Source of the DNA: a virus
DNA length: 64,000 bases
IMG/VR virus record: IMGVR_UViG_3300036828_000568
Location: 11,159-75,158 of that record
Reading direction: 5' to 3' (one strand)
Shown one piece after another: positions 25,799 through 36,127 of this stretch (position 1 is its first letter; every line of letters starts with the position of its first letter). The translations under genes were made by a program, and so were the position numbers. The notes below the pieces were generated by a model. That model saw nothing but the letters and a program-made list of their open reading frames with translations, did no database searches and was not told the origin of the DNA.

Positions 25799-26368
25799 AT
25801 GACTAAACCAGCTCTGAACAGGAAATTAAACCTAGTTCTGAGTGTAGAAACCGAAAAGGGGCCAGTCCACATCCACTCAAGTCCAATAAGTAGGGAAATC
25901 TTCGAAGATAATTTCCTTACAATATCCCGGGCCTTTACCGCTGTCTACACGAACGGATTAGGACCAGTGACAGGGCCGCGAGTTGCGGCTCTATTGCTTA
26001 AGGAAGAAGCGAAGAAACTTGGCGTCTGGGAACGAACCCAACAGTCGCTAATGGCCGAAATCTACCGGTTAACAAACGTGATTGCTCCTGGTGATGGTGG
26101 CTGGGAAACTATGCCGTATGACATTGCCAAGAAGCGTGGTGTAATAGATGAGGACGCAGCGGCAGAGGTAGAAAACTGCATCGTATATTTTATATGCGCC
26201 TCGTCAATTCACCTGAGAGCGGAAATGGCAGTGGCGCTGGAAGGGTTGAACACTCTCTGGAGCGCGCAAACTACATCGTCGAATTGTACGGAATACATGC
26301 GCTCCTTGCCGATATCGACGCAGGAAGAGAATACTGGCGAGAATCAGACGATAGCGGTGAATCAATAA
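25799..26368 (+). CDS. tail assembly chaperone
   Basis: between tube and tape measure; LNLV...HS.PISREIFE motif. Confidence 0.65.
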   Translation: MTKPALNRKLNLVLSVETEKGPVHIHSSPISREIFEDNFLTISRAFTAVYTNGLGPVTGPRVAALLLKEEAKKLGVWERTQQSLMAEIYRLTNVIAPGDGGWETMPYDIAKKRGVIDEDAAAEVENCIVYFICASSIHLRAEMAVALEGLNTLWSAQTTSSNCTEYMRSLPISTQEENTGENQTIAVNQ

Positions 26369-26500
26369 TCCATTCTTGCCTTGATTGGCTGATGGATGAG
26401 GGGTTCGCCAAGTTTTTTGATCAATTTGAACTATCCTGGCCGCACACATCTCGGTTGCAGTGGCAGCAGAGATATATGATCGCGATGTGGAAAGCTTGAA

Positions 26501-29500
26501 ATGGCTTACAAAGCGGCCATAAAGATTACTCCTCAGTTTGATCCTGCTGGTGATTTGCAGAAATTGACATTGACTGTGCAAAGATTGAATGCACAGACTC
26601 AGCAGCTTAATCAAAAGTTTTCAGCACGAATACTTCCATTTAACCCTAAGCTTCAATCCAACAGCCAACTAATCGCACAACACAGCCGACGTACCGCTCG
26701 AGCTATAGATAGGCTCGAGCGAATTTTTAATAGCGTTGTGAGTCGATTGATACAGACACTAGGGGGAATGTCTAGGTTTATAATCAGAGGATTTAACGTC
26801 GAGGCATTCGTTATATCCCCGGTTATGGGTCTAATAGGATCGGTAAGCCTGGGTATCTTACCGATGATGCTTGCTACGGCAACTGGAATATTCAAATGGT
26901 TGTGGAATAAGGTTGCAGAACTAGGTGATGCAATGATACAGGACCGTATGCTCGCAATGCGTGCGGGCACCACGGTCGGGGCGATAAGAGCGTTTAGAAC
27001 TGCTTTCCCTATGATTAATGATCCTAATTTAATTGGGAACGTTGCTCTTACTCGTATTGACCTAACTAGCCGAGCAACATCTGTTCTACATTGGCTTTTG
27101 AAGGTTAAAAAGTCTAATGATTCAATGACGGTTATTGTAGATACCCTTATTCAAGCCAGGGAATTTATGAAGAAAGAATCTGCTGATAGGGCCATTTTGA
27201 GTGCCCAAAACTTTAAATTGTTAGAAACTATGAATGCTCAAACTTTATTGAACTTGCGTGAAATGACTGATGACGAATTTATGCATACGATTGAACAATA
27301 TCATACCCTACGACCAAGATTTTCACAAACTGTAGAAGCCCAGAATATGCTTGTTGATTTTATTCTTCAAATAAAAAGAATGTGGACTAATATCGAAACA
27401 AAACTTGGAAAGACATTAGTAGAGACTGGCATTACGAAATCTTTAGAAAACTTGAGTAAGGCTACACTAGATTTTATTGATTTTGGATTACATCTACCGG
27501 TTACTCAAAGAATGTTTAAGGGTTTAGAAGGAGATATACAGTGGTTTGCTGATTGGTTGGGTGATACCAAAAATCAGAAAAGAGTTGGTAAAATTGTTCA
27601 AGATATGATACTTAATTTTGAAAAAGGAGTTGCATACTTAGTAGAATTTTCTGGTAATGTAGAAGAAGCCCGTGAAATGCGCCGGGAAATTCTGCGCTTT
27701 GAAGCCCGTGAAGGGCGTCGTGAACGTGGACTTCCTGCAAGGCCACGACGTATGCCTGGGGTTCCTGGTGGAGTAGTTAGGTCTTTTGGACCTAAGCTGC
27801 CGGAAGGGCAAAGACTACAACCCGATCAAACTAGAAAGCCAGTGCCTACAGAAAAACCAGATTCATCAGGAACACGCCCCCAAACTCCATCTACTCCAAC
27901 GACGAGAGCAACACCTCCTACCGGTACATCGCCTTCAACGCCTTCTACTACTGCTCCAGGTTCAACTCGACCAGCTCTAACTCCTACCCCGTTAGGACCG
28001 TATAATCGACCACGCGGTCCTGCGATTGAACACCCACATTGGACTCGACACCCTACCAAGGTTCGTCCTTCTCCTTTTCCAGCTCCTGCTCGCCCCGCTC
28101 CTGCCCCCGCTCCTGCCCCCGCTCCTGCCCCCGTTGCTCCTGCTCCTACTCCACCTGCTGCTTCACCTAAATTGGGTGAAACTCGTGTAAGACCTGATGG
28201 TAAGATTGAACAGTGGAATGGTTATCAGTGGCAAGGACCAGTTGCGCCAGGAGGAACAGGTCGCCCCGCGCCTGCTCCTGCTCCTATTCCTGTCCCTTCA
28301 CCACAACCATCTAATGTACCTCTAGGTCCTTATAACCGTCAACGTGGTGATCCACGTTGGACTCGACATCCTCAAGCCCCTTTAGAGCCTTCTGGTCGCC
28401 CAAGGGATGCCCCGTTTACAGGAGATCCGTTTACTGCGGCAAGAGTCCCAGGTCAAAGGGGGGGACCTTCTGGTCCGCCTGCGTATGGTCCGCCCAAGCC
28501 ACCGTTTCAACCGGTTACGGAAGATGATATAATTCAGCGTCGGTTTAGAACAAATCAACGAGTACCAATAGATCCACGCCGGTATCCTGATCGCCCGTCT
28601 GGTAGGCCCAGAGATGCTCCGTTTACAGGGGCTCCCCCTACTACAGCAGGAATTCCGAGTTTAATAGAACAGCAGCGTGCTCCTCTTAGACCTTCTGGTC
28701 GTCCTAGAGATGCTCCGTTTACTGGAGGTCAATTTGATCCTGTTACAGGGATGCCGCGTAGTGCAGTCGGAATTCCAGGTGCAGTGGGTGGACCTTCTGG
28801 TCCTGCTGCTCCTAGGGCTCCGGTAATTCCTGTGACTCGTGGACCATTACCTTTTGAACCGCCTAAACCTCCGATGCAACCAATTATAGAAGGTGATAGA
28901 ATACCACGTCCGTTTAGAACAGGTCAAAGAGTACCAATAGATCCGAATAGGTATCCATTACCATCTGGCAGGCCCAGAGATACACCGTTTACCGGCGCAC
29001 CTCCGTCCGCAGCCGGTGTTCGTGGAGCTCAAGGTGGACCTTCTGGTGCTGCGGCATATGGTCCACCTAAACCACGACCAGGTTCAGAAATTCTGGATAA
29101 TGACATTATAACACGTCAATTTAGAACGGGGCAACGAGTTCCAATAGATCCGCGTCGATATCCTGACAGACCTTCTGGTCGTCCTAGAGATGCTCCGTTT
29201 ACGGGAAGACCTTATGACCCGGTTGGCGTGGCTCCCTTGACAGAACGTCAGGAAAGGTTGTCTCGTCCATCTCCATTTCCTGGACCTCCCACTGCTCCTG
29301 CTCCTAGTCCTGCTCCTGCTCCTACTACTTCTGGTGTACCTTCAACTCGTACTGCTCCTACTGGTTCAGTTCCTTCTCCGGTAGGACAACAAGTTTTACC
29401 ACCATCGGCTACTGTCGGTGTACGACCCCCATTTCAAGCTGGTCCTCCACCGTTAGTAGCTGGACCGGGTGGAAAGGTAAATGAAACAGATTTCTATAGT

Positions 29501-31384
29501 AATGTAAGAGAAAAATTTAGACTTTCTCCATTGAATGGTTTTGTTCCTAAAGACGGTGATAGATGGGGTATTAAAACTGGAAGTCCTGATGAATGGGCCA
29601 GATTGGCGGTTGCAACAGCAAAACAAGAAAATAATATGGACGCTACTCCTAATAAAGATGGTGGAATGCTTCAATTTAAACAGGAAGATCTTAAGCGTTT
29701 GGGTGTCACAGGTAATGTTGCTGATCCAAATGCACAGACACAAGCTCTCGTAAATCAGTGGTCAAAAAATGTCCCTGCATCTGGTGTTTTTAGTTCACCT
29801 GTTCCAAAAGGAACACCAGGATCAACTACTTTTTCTAATGGTAGTACGTGGGGTGGAGCAGGAACAGAATTTGGATCATTGCAATGGGGTCCGACTGCAA
29901 CTAATTTGAAAACAATACCAAGTCGATTGGAACATGCAGATATAGAAAAACATCTGCCTGCGGCGGATGAACTGCAAAAACAAGTTGGAGTACAAAATGC
30001 GGCTGATGCGCCAATGTGGGATAGGCCATGGGAGAAAGTGAAAGCAACATCTGGTGACACTGGTTATGTTGGGACTGGTGGATTTAATTTTATGGGAAGT
30101 AAACGAGCTAAAGATATGGGGATGGGGGATGTTTCCCTGTATTCTGCTACAGCTCAACAAACATTTGAGACAGGAATCACTGATGGAAAAGGACCAGCAG
30201 TCATTCGTGCGAATAAATACGCTGGTCCTGATATAGCTGGTTTCTTAAAAGATCTGCATGATGCCGGTGCTCCTCTTAAAGATTTTGCTGGTGCTTATGT
30301 TCAAAAACCTCGACAACACGGTCATGGTAACGCGGTAGATATTGAAACTGGATTTGGTGGTGGGCCTGATAATAGCCCTGCTCTATATAAATGGGCTAAG
30401 GAAAATCCTGAATTATTTCAAAAAATACAAGATGATCATCATATGAAGAACCTTACTAAAGAAGCTAGTGGTGTGAATGATTGGGGGCATTTTGAATGGT
30501 CGCCACAAAGAAAGGCTACACCGGCCGAAATGGAGGCTCGTAAAAAGAGTAATTGGCCCGATTCTAAAGAGGCAAAAGAAGGAGTAGCTCCTAAGGGTCT
30601 TCCCACTGGTGATGATCAAACATATACTAAAGATTGGGCTGTACCGAATACGGTGTTAGGAAGAGAACAATGGAAATGGACTCAGCCGAATGCCGGGGTT
30701 CCTTCTACAAATCAGCCTTCAACTACAGTGACACCGACTGGTAAACCATGGCCAACTGTTGATGTGCCAAAAGCATTGGAAAAAATGCAGACAGATCCTG
30801 AAACTGGTCAACAAATATTCCCTAGAGAAAGGCTTACTCCACAAAAAGGTGGAATTCCTGCGCCACATGTTCCTCATCTTCCTAAAATGGTGAAAGGAGC
30901 TCCTTATAGAGGAATATTTGATACACCTAAAGATGTTCCTTGGTATCTTGATACACCATCTACCTCACTTGTGCCTACTGATTTAAAGAATAAGAAGAAG
31001 AATGAACCTGCTCAAAAACCTCCACCTCCAAGATGGACTGAAGGAGAAGCTCTTCCCTATACTAATTATGATCCTAATGCAAATCCAATGGATAATTTGA
31101 GAATATTGAATAGTTCTGATGCAAGAGCGACATGGGCCAAGCCATACGGTTCAGATGTTCGTGATATTCCATATCCCCCGGCAGAGGATAAACCCAAAAC
31201 CCAGGTTGAAGATCCTGATAAGGGTGAAAAGAAAAATCAAGATACAGACAAGCCGAAAGATTCTGATAAACCGACTAAAGATAATGATAAACCAGCTCAA
31301 GATTCTGATAATAATAATTCTGATTCTAATACTTCTACAGACGCACCTACTGCTGAAGATCATCCTGCCGACACGGATTCCTAA
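26501..31384 (+). CDS. tape-measure-like protein with Pro-rich repeats and lysozyme-like plus M15-like peptidase domains
   Basis: 1627 aa; helical N-terminus, PSGRPRDAPFTG x5, AKQE..GMLQF, HGHGNAVD...DWGHFE. Confidence 0.7.
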   Translation: MAYKAAIKITPQFDPAGDLQKLTLTVQRLNAQTQQLNQKFSARILPFNPKLQSNSQLIAQHSRRTARAIDRLERIFNSVVSRLIQTLGGMSRFIIRGFNVEAFVISPVMGLIGSVSLGILPMMLATATGIFKWLWNKVAELGDAMIQDRMLAMRAGTTVGAIRAFRTAFPMINDPNLIGNVALTRIDLTSRATSVLHWLLKVKKSNDSMTVIVDTLIQAREFMKKESADRAILSAQNFKLLETMNAQTLLNLREMTDDEFMHTIEQYHTLRPRFSQTVEAQNMLVDFILQIKRMWTNIETKLGKTLVETGITKSLENLSKATLDFIDFGLHLPVTQRMFKGLEGDIQWFADWLGDTKNQKRVGKIVQDMILNFEKGVAYLVEFSGNVEEAREMRREILRFEAREGRRERGLPARPRRMPGVPGGVVRSFGPKLPEGQRLQPDQTRKPVPTEKPDSSGTRPQTPSTPTTRATPPTGTSPSTPSTTAPGSTRPALTPTPLGPYNRPRGPAIEHPHWTRHPTKVRPSPFPAPARPAPAPAPAPAPAPVAPAPTPPAASPKLGETRVRPDGKIEQWNGYQWQGPVAPGGTGRPAPAPAPIPVPSPQPSNVPLGPYNRQRGDPRWTRHPQAPLEPSGRPRDAPFTGDPFTAARVPGQRGGPSGPPAYGPPKPPFQPVTEDDIIQRRFRTNQRVPIDPRRYPDRPSGRPRDAPFTGAPPTTAGIPSLIEQQRAPLRPSGRPRDAPFTGGQFDPVTGMPRSAVGIPGAVGGPSGPAAPRAPVIPVTRGPLPFEPPKPPMQPIIEGDRIPRPFRTGQRVPIDPNRYPLPSGRPRDTPFTGAPPSAAGVRGAQGGPSGAAAYGPPKPRPGSEILDNDIITRQFRTGQRVPIDPRRYPDRPSGRPRDAPFTGRPYDPVGVAPLTERQERLSRPSPFPGPPTAPAPSPAPAPTTSGVPSTRTAPTGSVPSPVGQQVLPPSATVGVRPPFQAGPPPLVAGPGGKVNETDFYSNVREKFRLSPLNGFVPKDGDRWGIKTGSPDEWARLAVATAKQENNMDATPNKDGGMLQFKQEDLKRLGVTGNVADPNAQTQALVNQWSKNVPASGVFSSPVPKGTPGSTTFSNGSTWGGAGTEFGSLQWGPTATNLKTIPSRLEHADIEKHLPAADELQKQVGVQNAADAPMWDRPWEKVKATSGDTGYVGTGGFNFMGSKRAKDMGMGDVSLYSATAQQTFETGITDGKGPAVIRANKYAGPDIAGFLKDLHDAGAPLKDFAGAYVQKPRQHGHGNAVDIETGFGGGPDNSPALYKWAKENPELFQKIQDDHHMKNLTKEASGVNDWGHFEWSPQRKATPAEMEARKKSNWPDSKEAKEGVAPKGLPTGDDQTYTKDWAVPNTVLGREQWKWTQPNAGVPSTNQPSTTVTPTGKPWPTVDVPKALEKMQTDPETGQQIFPRERLTPQKGGIPAPHVPHLPKMVKGAPYRGIFDTPKDVPWYLDTPSTSLVPTDLKNKKKNEPAQKPPPPRWTEGEALPYTNYDPNANPMDNLRILNSSDARATWAKPYGSDVRDIPYPPAEDKPKTQVEDPDKGEKKNQDTDKPKDSDKPTKDNDKPAQDSDNNNSDSNTSTDAPTAEDHPADTDS

Positions 31385-32982
31385 TGCGATATTATAGCAT
31401 TTCTATCGATAAAGCTCCAGGGGTATTTAAACCGGCGGAAGGAGCATCTATTCCTGGTGCCCTGTGGGATACGTGGATTAATGGGGTAAATGATTTTGGT
31501 GCTCAGCAGATTGAATTTTCAATAGAAATGCAAGAAACTGCTGCTCCAACTAATAATTCACAAATTGTTATCAAGGGGGTAAGTTGGGATCAAATTAAAG
31601 AAACAAATAATCTTATAAATAAAGGGATTTTGATGCACGCTGGTATGAAACCAGGGTTGCCCCTTGCCACGGCGCAATCCCAGCACTATACTGAACTCTT
31701 CCGTGGAATTATTCTTAGGGCCTGGGGTAACTGGGAAGGCACCGAAATGAGTATCGGCCTACAGGTTGCTTCCGGTAAGGCAGCGGAAAAGAGTGCTGAT
31801 AGTGGAGGGGGTAAGGGCGGAAGTCAGCTTGCAGGTCTAGCAGAATCTTTGATTGGGAGTTTTGGTGGAGGTGGAGGTGGGAGTGCTGCCGCTGTAATTG
31901 CACGACACAATTATCTAAGAAATGTAGACAAGCTTCGTTTTCAACGAACTGGTCCACGTTCTATTGATGGAAGGCCATTTTCACGCGGACCAGTTTCACA
32001 GAGCCCAGGAGTTCAGCCACTTGATACTGGTGGGAATGGTGGTACGAGTGCTGGCTTTGATATGAGTGGTACAGGAATTAGTAGTCCACAAGTAGGAGGT
32101 GATTTTTTCGGGGGAGGTACACCTGGATTAACAGATCCTCTTAATCTTATTCATAACATGATGCCGAATATGCCAATGTCTTCAGCCGTTCAACAAATGC
32201 TTTCTAAAGCATTCCCTGGAGCTAATATCATCACAAATATTCATCCTGGCCTTAAACTTCCTCACCAGGATGCAGGCATGTATCAAAGCATGTCTCAAGT
32301 TATGCCTTTCTTAAAGAATTTAAGTCAATCAATATTAGGGGCTAAGAACTATACCGGGGTTAGAGCTGCCTCATACGGTGATACTGTTCACGTGTTTGAT
32401 GGTACACAGCCTCCTATTAATTCCGGTTTGATTCAGGTTATAGATATTATTGGACAACCTACATGGATTGATCAGCAACGAATTCATCTAAAAACTGTGT
32501 TGCGAGCAGATTTACATATTGGTGATAGATTTACACTTCCGTCAAATATCTTAATGGCATTAAGTCCTGAAGCTAACGTCTTAGGAGCAAACGGAGCAGC
32601 CAGTCCACAACGGTCACATGTTACTGTAGAAGGGATGGTATTTAGAATATATAAAATTCTGCATGTTGGTGATTTTCGAAGTCCACACGGTTCTGATTGG
32701 AGTTCAAATTATGAGGCTCAAGTAGAAGGAGAAGGAGGTACAACTCCTCCTGGTGCTGATTCTGGTGCGAGTGTAAATAGTTCGAGTCAGCAGCAAAATC
32801 CTAATAATCAACCAACGAGTGAAGAACCCCCCGCTGTTCCTTCTCAAATACCAGGAGTAACTGTGCCTCCTTCGATTGATACTACTCCACAAAAATTGGG
32901 AATATCTCCACCCTTTAAGAAGGATATTCCTCAGAATGTTTCTTTCGGTTCTAAGTACACTCGTAAGACAAGGCACTACTGA
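31384..32982 (+). CDS. baseplate hub protein
   Basis: MRYY.I, AGM.PGLPLA, AWGNWEGTEM, IIGQPTWI, H.GDFRSP.G..W. Confidence 0.7.
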   Translation: MRYYSISIDKAPGVFKPAEGASIPGALWDTWINGVNDFGAQQIEFSIEMQETAAPTNNSQIVIKGVSWDQIKETNNLINKGILMHAGMKPGLPLATAQSQHYTELFRGIILRAWGNWEGTEMSIGLQVASGKAAEKSADSGGGKGGSQLAGLAESLIGSFGGGGGGSAAAVIARHNYLRNVDKLRFQRTGPRSIDGRPFSRGPVSQSPGVQPLDTGGNGGTSAGFDMSGTGISSPQVGGDFFGGGTPGLTDPLNLIHNMMPNMPMSSAVQQMLSKAFPGANIITNIHPGLKLPHQDAGMYQSMSQVMPFLKNLSQSILGAKNYTGVRAASYGDTVHVFDGTQPPINSGLIQVIDIIGQPTWIDQQRIHLKTVLRADLHIGDRFTLPSNILMALSPEANVLGANGAASPQRSHVTVEGMVFRIYKILHVGDFRSPHGSDWSSNYEAQVEGEGGTTPPGADSGASVNSSSQQQNPNNQPTSEEPPAVPSQIPGVTVPPSIDTTPQKLGISPPFKKDIPQNVSFGSKYTRKTRHY

Positions 32983-34811
32983 TGGCTAAGACTATTAATC
33001 TTACCGTACAAGTAGATGACTCGCAGTTCCAAAAGTTCATGCGGGACTATACGGCGTTTTCAAATCAAGTGAAAACGCTGCAAGTCAATTTCAAGGCTGT
33101 GACCAATACAATAAGTCAGGCACAAAAACAGACAATAGATTGGCAAAAGTCTTTACAGGGTGTTAATAATTTCATAACAGGGATTGTTCCTGGGGTAAAG
33201 AAAATCACTGAACATTTTTCCAAGTGGGCTGCTCTTATTGGCGGCATTGGGATGATGTTGGGGACTGGCAGTATACTTGGAATTGATCGGTTGGCGAATA
33301 CGTTGGTTCAGCGCCGTCGCCAGATGCTAATGCTGGGAGGTGATTGGGGCGGCATTCAGGCTCGTCAGCTAGGCGCACAAGGCACCATTTCCGATACTAT
33401 GGGAGTTATGCAAAGAATTCAGTATGGTAAGATGGGTGACGTTCTTACTCGTGCTGGTCTACAGGCGGCTGGCGTTAATTTGAAGGATGTACTAGATCCC
33501 AATAAAAGTTCTGCGGATATTTTTGAAGATGTTATTCGGAAAATGCCTGAAACGTTCAAACAGGCAGAACCAGGACAGGAACTTCAGTTTATTATTGGTC
33601 GTCATTTAGACAAAATAATGCCAGTTGAAGAATGGATGAAATTTATCAAGCCTGGGGGCGGTGTTGATATAAATGAACAACAGCGAGTATTGAGAAATAT
33701 TGAAGAACAAAAGAAACATCCCGGTCTTACCCCGGAAGAGGGGCGTTCCTGGGCGGATCTGTATACAGCGGCCAAGGCTTTCGTAACTGATATACAGACT
33801 AAGCTCGGTTCATCGCTTTCTGGCATTGCTGGCTCGCTTACCGAAGTCAGTAAAGGATTCAGTAACCTACTGGATGCTCTTTTAGATTCCCCGGCTGTTA
33901 AGAGAGCCTTGGCACAAGTCAAAGAATGGTTAGATTCATTTGCAGAATACTTGAAAGGGGATGAGGCTAAGAAAAAACTGCAAGAATGGACTGAGGAAAT
34001 GGAAAAAATTCCTTGGGCCAAGTTAGGTGAAGTGATTGGGACGTTCATTGAAAACTTAGGAACAGTTATTAGAGCGTTGTTGGCGTTGAAGGGATTAACC
34101 ATGGGAGCCGCTGTAGGTGGAGCAGTAGGTGGTCCTTTGGGAGCCGCTGTAGGTGGAGTAGTAGGAGCAGGAGTTGGGTGGTTTTCACCGGAACTTCTTC
34201 AAGGAGCATTTACCGGGAAACTTCCTTGGCCAGGAGCCCCTGGTCAAGCAGATCGCCAAGAATTACAACAGGAGCAAACTCCTGGTCAACAAAAATTCAA
34301 TAATTACATGGACTATTTCCTAAACGGATTAGGAGGATGGTTTGGTTTCGGAAAGCAACAACAGGCTCCTACATTCCCGGTAAATCCGATGGATCCTAAT
34401 GCTACTGTTCCACCGGCAGCGACAGGACAACCTCAACAGCAGCAGCAAGGAGCAGTGGTAGGTCCTTCGAATTTTGCTTTTAATAATAGTCCAGTTAATA
34501 ATATGATAGCTTCTGGAGGCAGTAGAACTTCGCTTGCGATGGCAGGTGGAGGTGGAGGTAGTCCAACATCATCTGTTAATGTTGCTTCAATGGCAGGATC
34601 AGTTAGAAGCTTTGCTCCACGAACAACAGGAACTGGTGGGGATTTTACATCATCAACTCAATTAGCATTGAATATGGCTAATGGAGGAAGACAGAGGGGG
34701 CGGAGTGGTCCATTAGATGTAGATAATTGGCAAATGAACAGAACTGCACAGCTTCGTATTGATAATGTTGCAGGAGCAAGTGTGTTTGCTACTGGAGTAG
34801 GATTAGCCTGA
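32982..34811 (+). CDS. tape measure protein (second paralog)
   Basis: 609 aa helical; N-terminus I.L.V.VDDSQFQKF; Gly/Ala hydrophobic repeats. Confidence 0.65.
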   Translation: MAKTINLTVQVDDSQFQKFMRDYTAFSNQVKTLQVNFKAVTNTISQAQKQTIDWQKSLQGVNNFITGIVPGVKKITEHFSKWAALIGGIGMMLGTGSILGIDRLANTLVQRRRQMLMLGGDWGGIQARQLGAQGTISDTMGVMQRIQYGKMGDVLTRAGLQAAGVNLKDVLDPNKSSADIFEDVIRKMPETFKQAEPGQELQFIIGRHLDKIMPVEEWMKFIKPGGGVDINEQQRVLRNIEEQKKHPGLTPEEGRSWADLYTAAKAFVTDIQTKLGSSLSGIAGSLTEVSKGFSNLLDALLDSPAVKRALAQVKEWLDSFAEYLKGDEAKKKLQEWTEEMEKIPWAKLGEVIGTFIENLGTVIRALLALKGLTMGAAVGGAVGGPLGAAVGGVVGAGVGWFSPELLQGAFTGKLPWPGAPGQADRQELQQEQTPGQQKFNNYMDYFLNGLGGWFGFGKQQQAPTFPVNPMDPNATVPPAATGQPQQQQQGAVVGPSNFAFNNSPVNNMIASGGSRTSLAMAGGGGGSPTSSVNVASMAGSVRSFAPRTTGTGGDFTSSTQLALNMANGGRQRGRSGPLDVDNWQMNRTAQLRIDNVAGASVFATGVGLA

Positions 34812-35605
34812 TGCCATTTGATGCTCAGTTAAAATATCAAATTTGCCCGATTATCCTAACAGGTGGCACGGCTGCTCAAATGAATGGCGGCATGATGCCA
34901 TTAATCAGCATGTTTGCTACGAATAGTGATATTAACTATTTAGGATTGCCATTTGACATGGGTGACTTAGATAGTGCGTTCGGGCATTTTAATGTTCTAC
35001 CGGGTGGAACATTGGTTACTCAGCAGATTGCTAAATATCCATTTGCTAATCAATGGGTTGCTGCGAATGCGGTTATCCGTGAACCATTAACTCTTTCTGT
35101 TATTATGGATTCTCCTATGCGGCCTCCATCCAATAATCCTTTTATGGATGTTTGGCAATACAAGCAATCAGTATTCACAGCGTTAAAGGCAACTCTTGAT
35201 CGACACAATAATATAGGAGGAACGTACACTGTTGCTACTCCAGCTTTCATGTATGAAAACCTTGTCATGCTTTCTATGACAGATAATTCACGTGGGAATA
35301 ATTCCCTGCCGCAGAATGCTTGGCGTTTTGATTTTGAAAAACCCCTTATTACACTAACTGATTTGCAAGGGGCACAGAACCAATTAATGAGTGCAATGTC
35401 ACGGGCAACTCCTAACACAGGACAGGTGACAGGACAACAACCCGGTCAATCTCAAGGTGATGCAACACAGGCTCGAACTCTAAAAATCACAGGAGGACTT
35501 ACGATAAATAAACCTCAAGCTTTAACACCTCTTCCAAATCAAGGCGGTGGTAACTTTCCTGCTCTTCCTAGTCCAGCTAGTTTCCCCTATGGCGGTGTTT
35601 CGTGA
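34811..35605 (+). CDS. baseplate/tail initiator protein
   Basis: PIILTGG.A, YPFANQ.VAANAVI.EPL, HNN.GGTYTVATP, W.FDFEKPL. Confidence 0.7.
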   Translation: MPFDAQLKYQICPIILTGGTAAQMNGGMMPLISMFATNSDINYLGLPFDMGDLDSAFGHFNVLPGGTLVTQQIAKYPFANQWVAANAVIREPLTLSVIMDSPMRPPSNNPFMDVWQYKQSVFTALKATLDRHNNIGGTYTVATPAFMYENLVMLSMTDNSRGNNSLPQNAWRFDFEKPLITLTDLQGAQNQLMSAMSRATPNTGQVTGQQPGQSQGDATQARTLKITGGLTINKPQALTPLPNQGGGNFPALPSPASFPYGGVS

Positions 35606-36120
35606 CTACAATTATTCCATTTATACCATCTAACTTAGTGGCTCCTTCTTTTCGGGCTGTATTTGATGGTGTTGATCATAATGTGATTATTACTTGGAAT
35701 GTTTCTGCACAACGATATTATGTTAATGTCTACACATCGAACGGGGCCTGGGTTATCACTATTCCTCTTTTTGCAAGTCCTCCTGGGCGTGCAGCAGCGA
35801 ACGCAGTTTATGATCCATTTCTTAATGCCGTAATTGTAGACTTGGTTGATCCTAGTTTGTGGCCTTGTCCTCTTGCTGGTCCAATAACTAAACCGGGAAC
35901 GATAATTGATTATACCTTGGAAAATTTTCAACCTTTGACATATAACGGAAGGTTTAGATCATTACACATTAATTCACAGCGGTTTTCATTTCCTATTGAC
36001 TTTAATCCTGGGCAGTTGGTTGTTCTTGGTCAAGTAAGTCGATATCTTAATATGATAGAAAGTGTATTTCAAACATCTTCCATGATTTATCGAAACGGTT
36101 CGTTCGAAATCAACCCATAG
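35602..36120 (+). CDS. baseplate protein
   Basis: F.A.FDG....TWNV.AQRYYVN motif. Confidence 0.65.
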   Translation: MTTIIPFIPSNLVAPSFRAVFDGVDHNVIITWNVSAQRYYVNVYTSNGAWVITIPLFASPPGRAAANAVYDPFLNAVIVDLVDPSLWPCPLAGPITKPGTIIDYTLENFQPLTYNGRFRSLHINSQRFSFPIDFNPGQLVVLGQVSRYLNMIESVFQTSSMIYRNGSFEINP

Positions 36121-36127
36121 GTGTACC

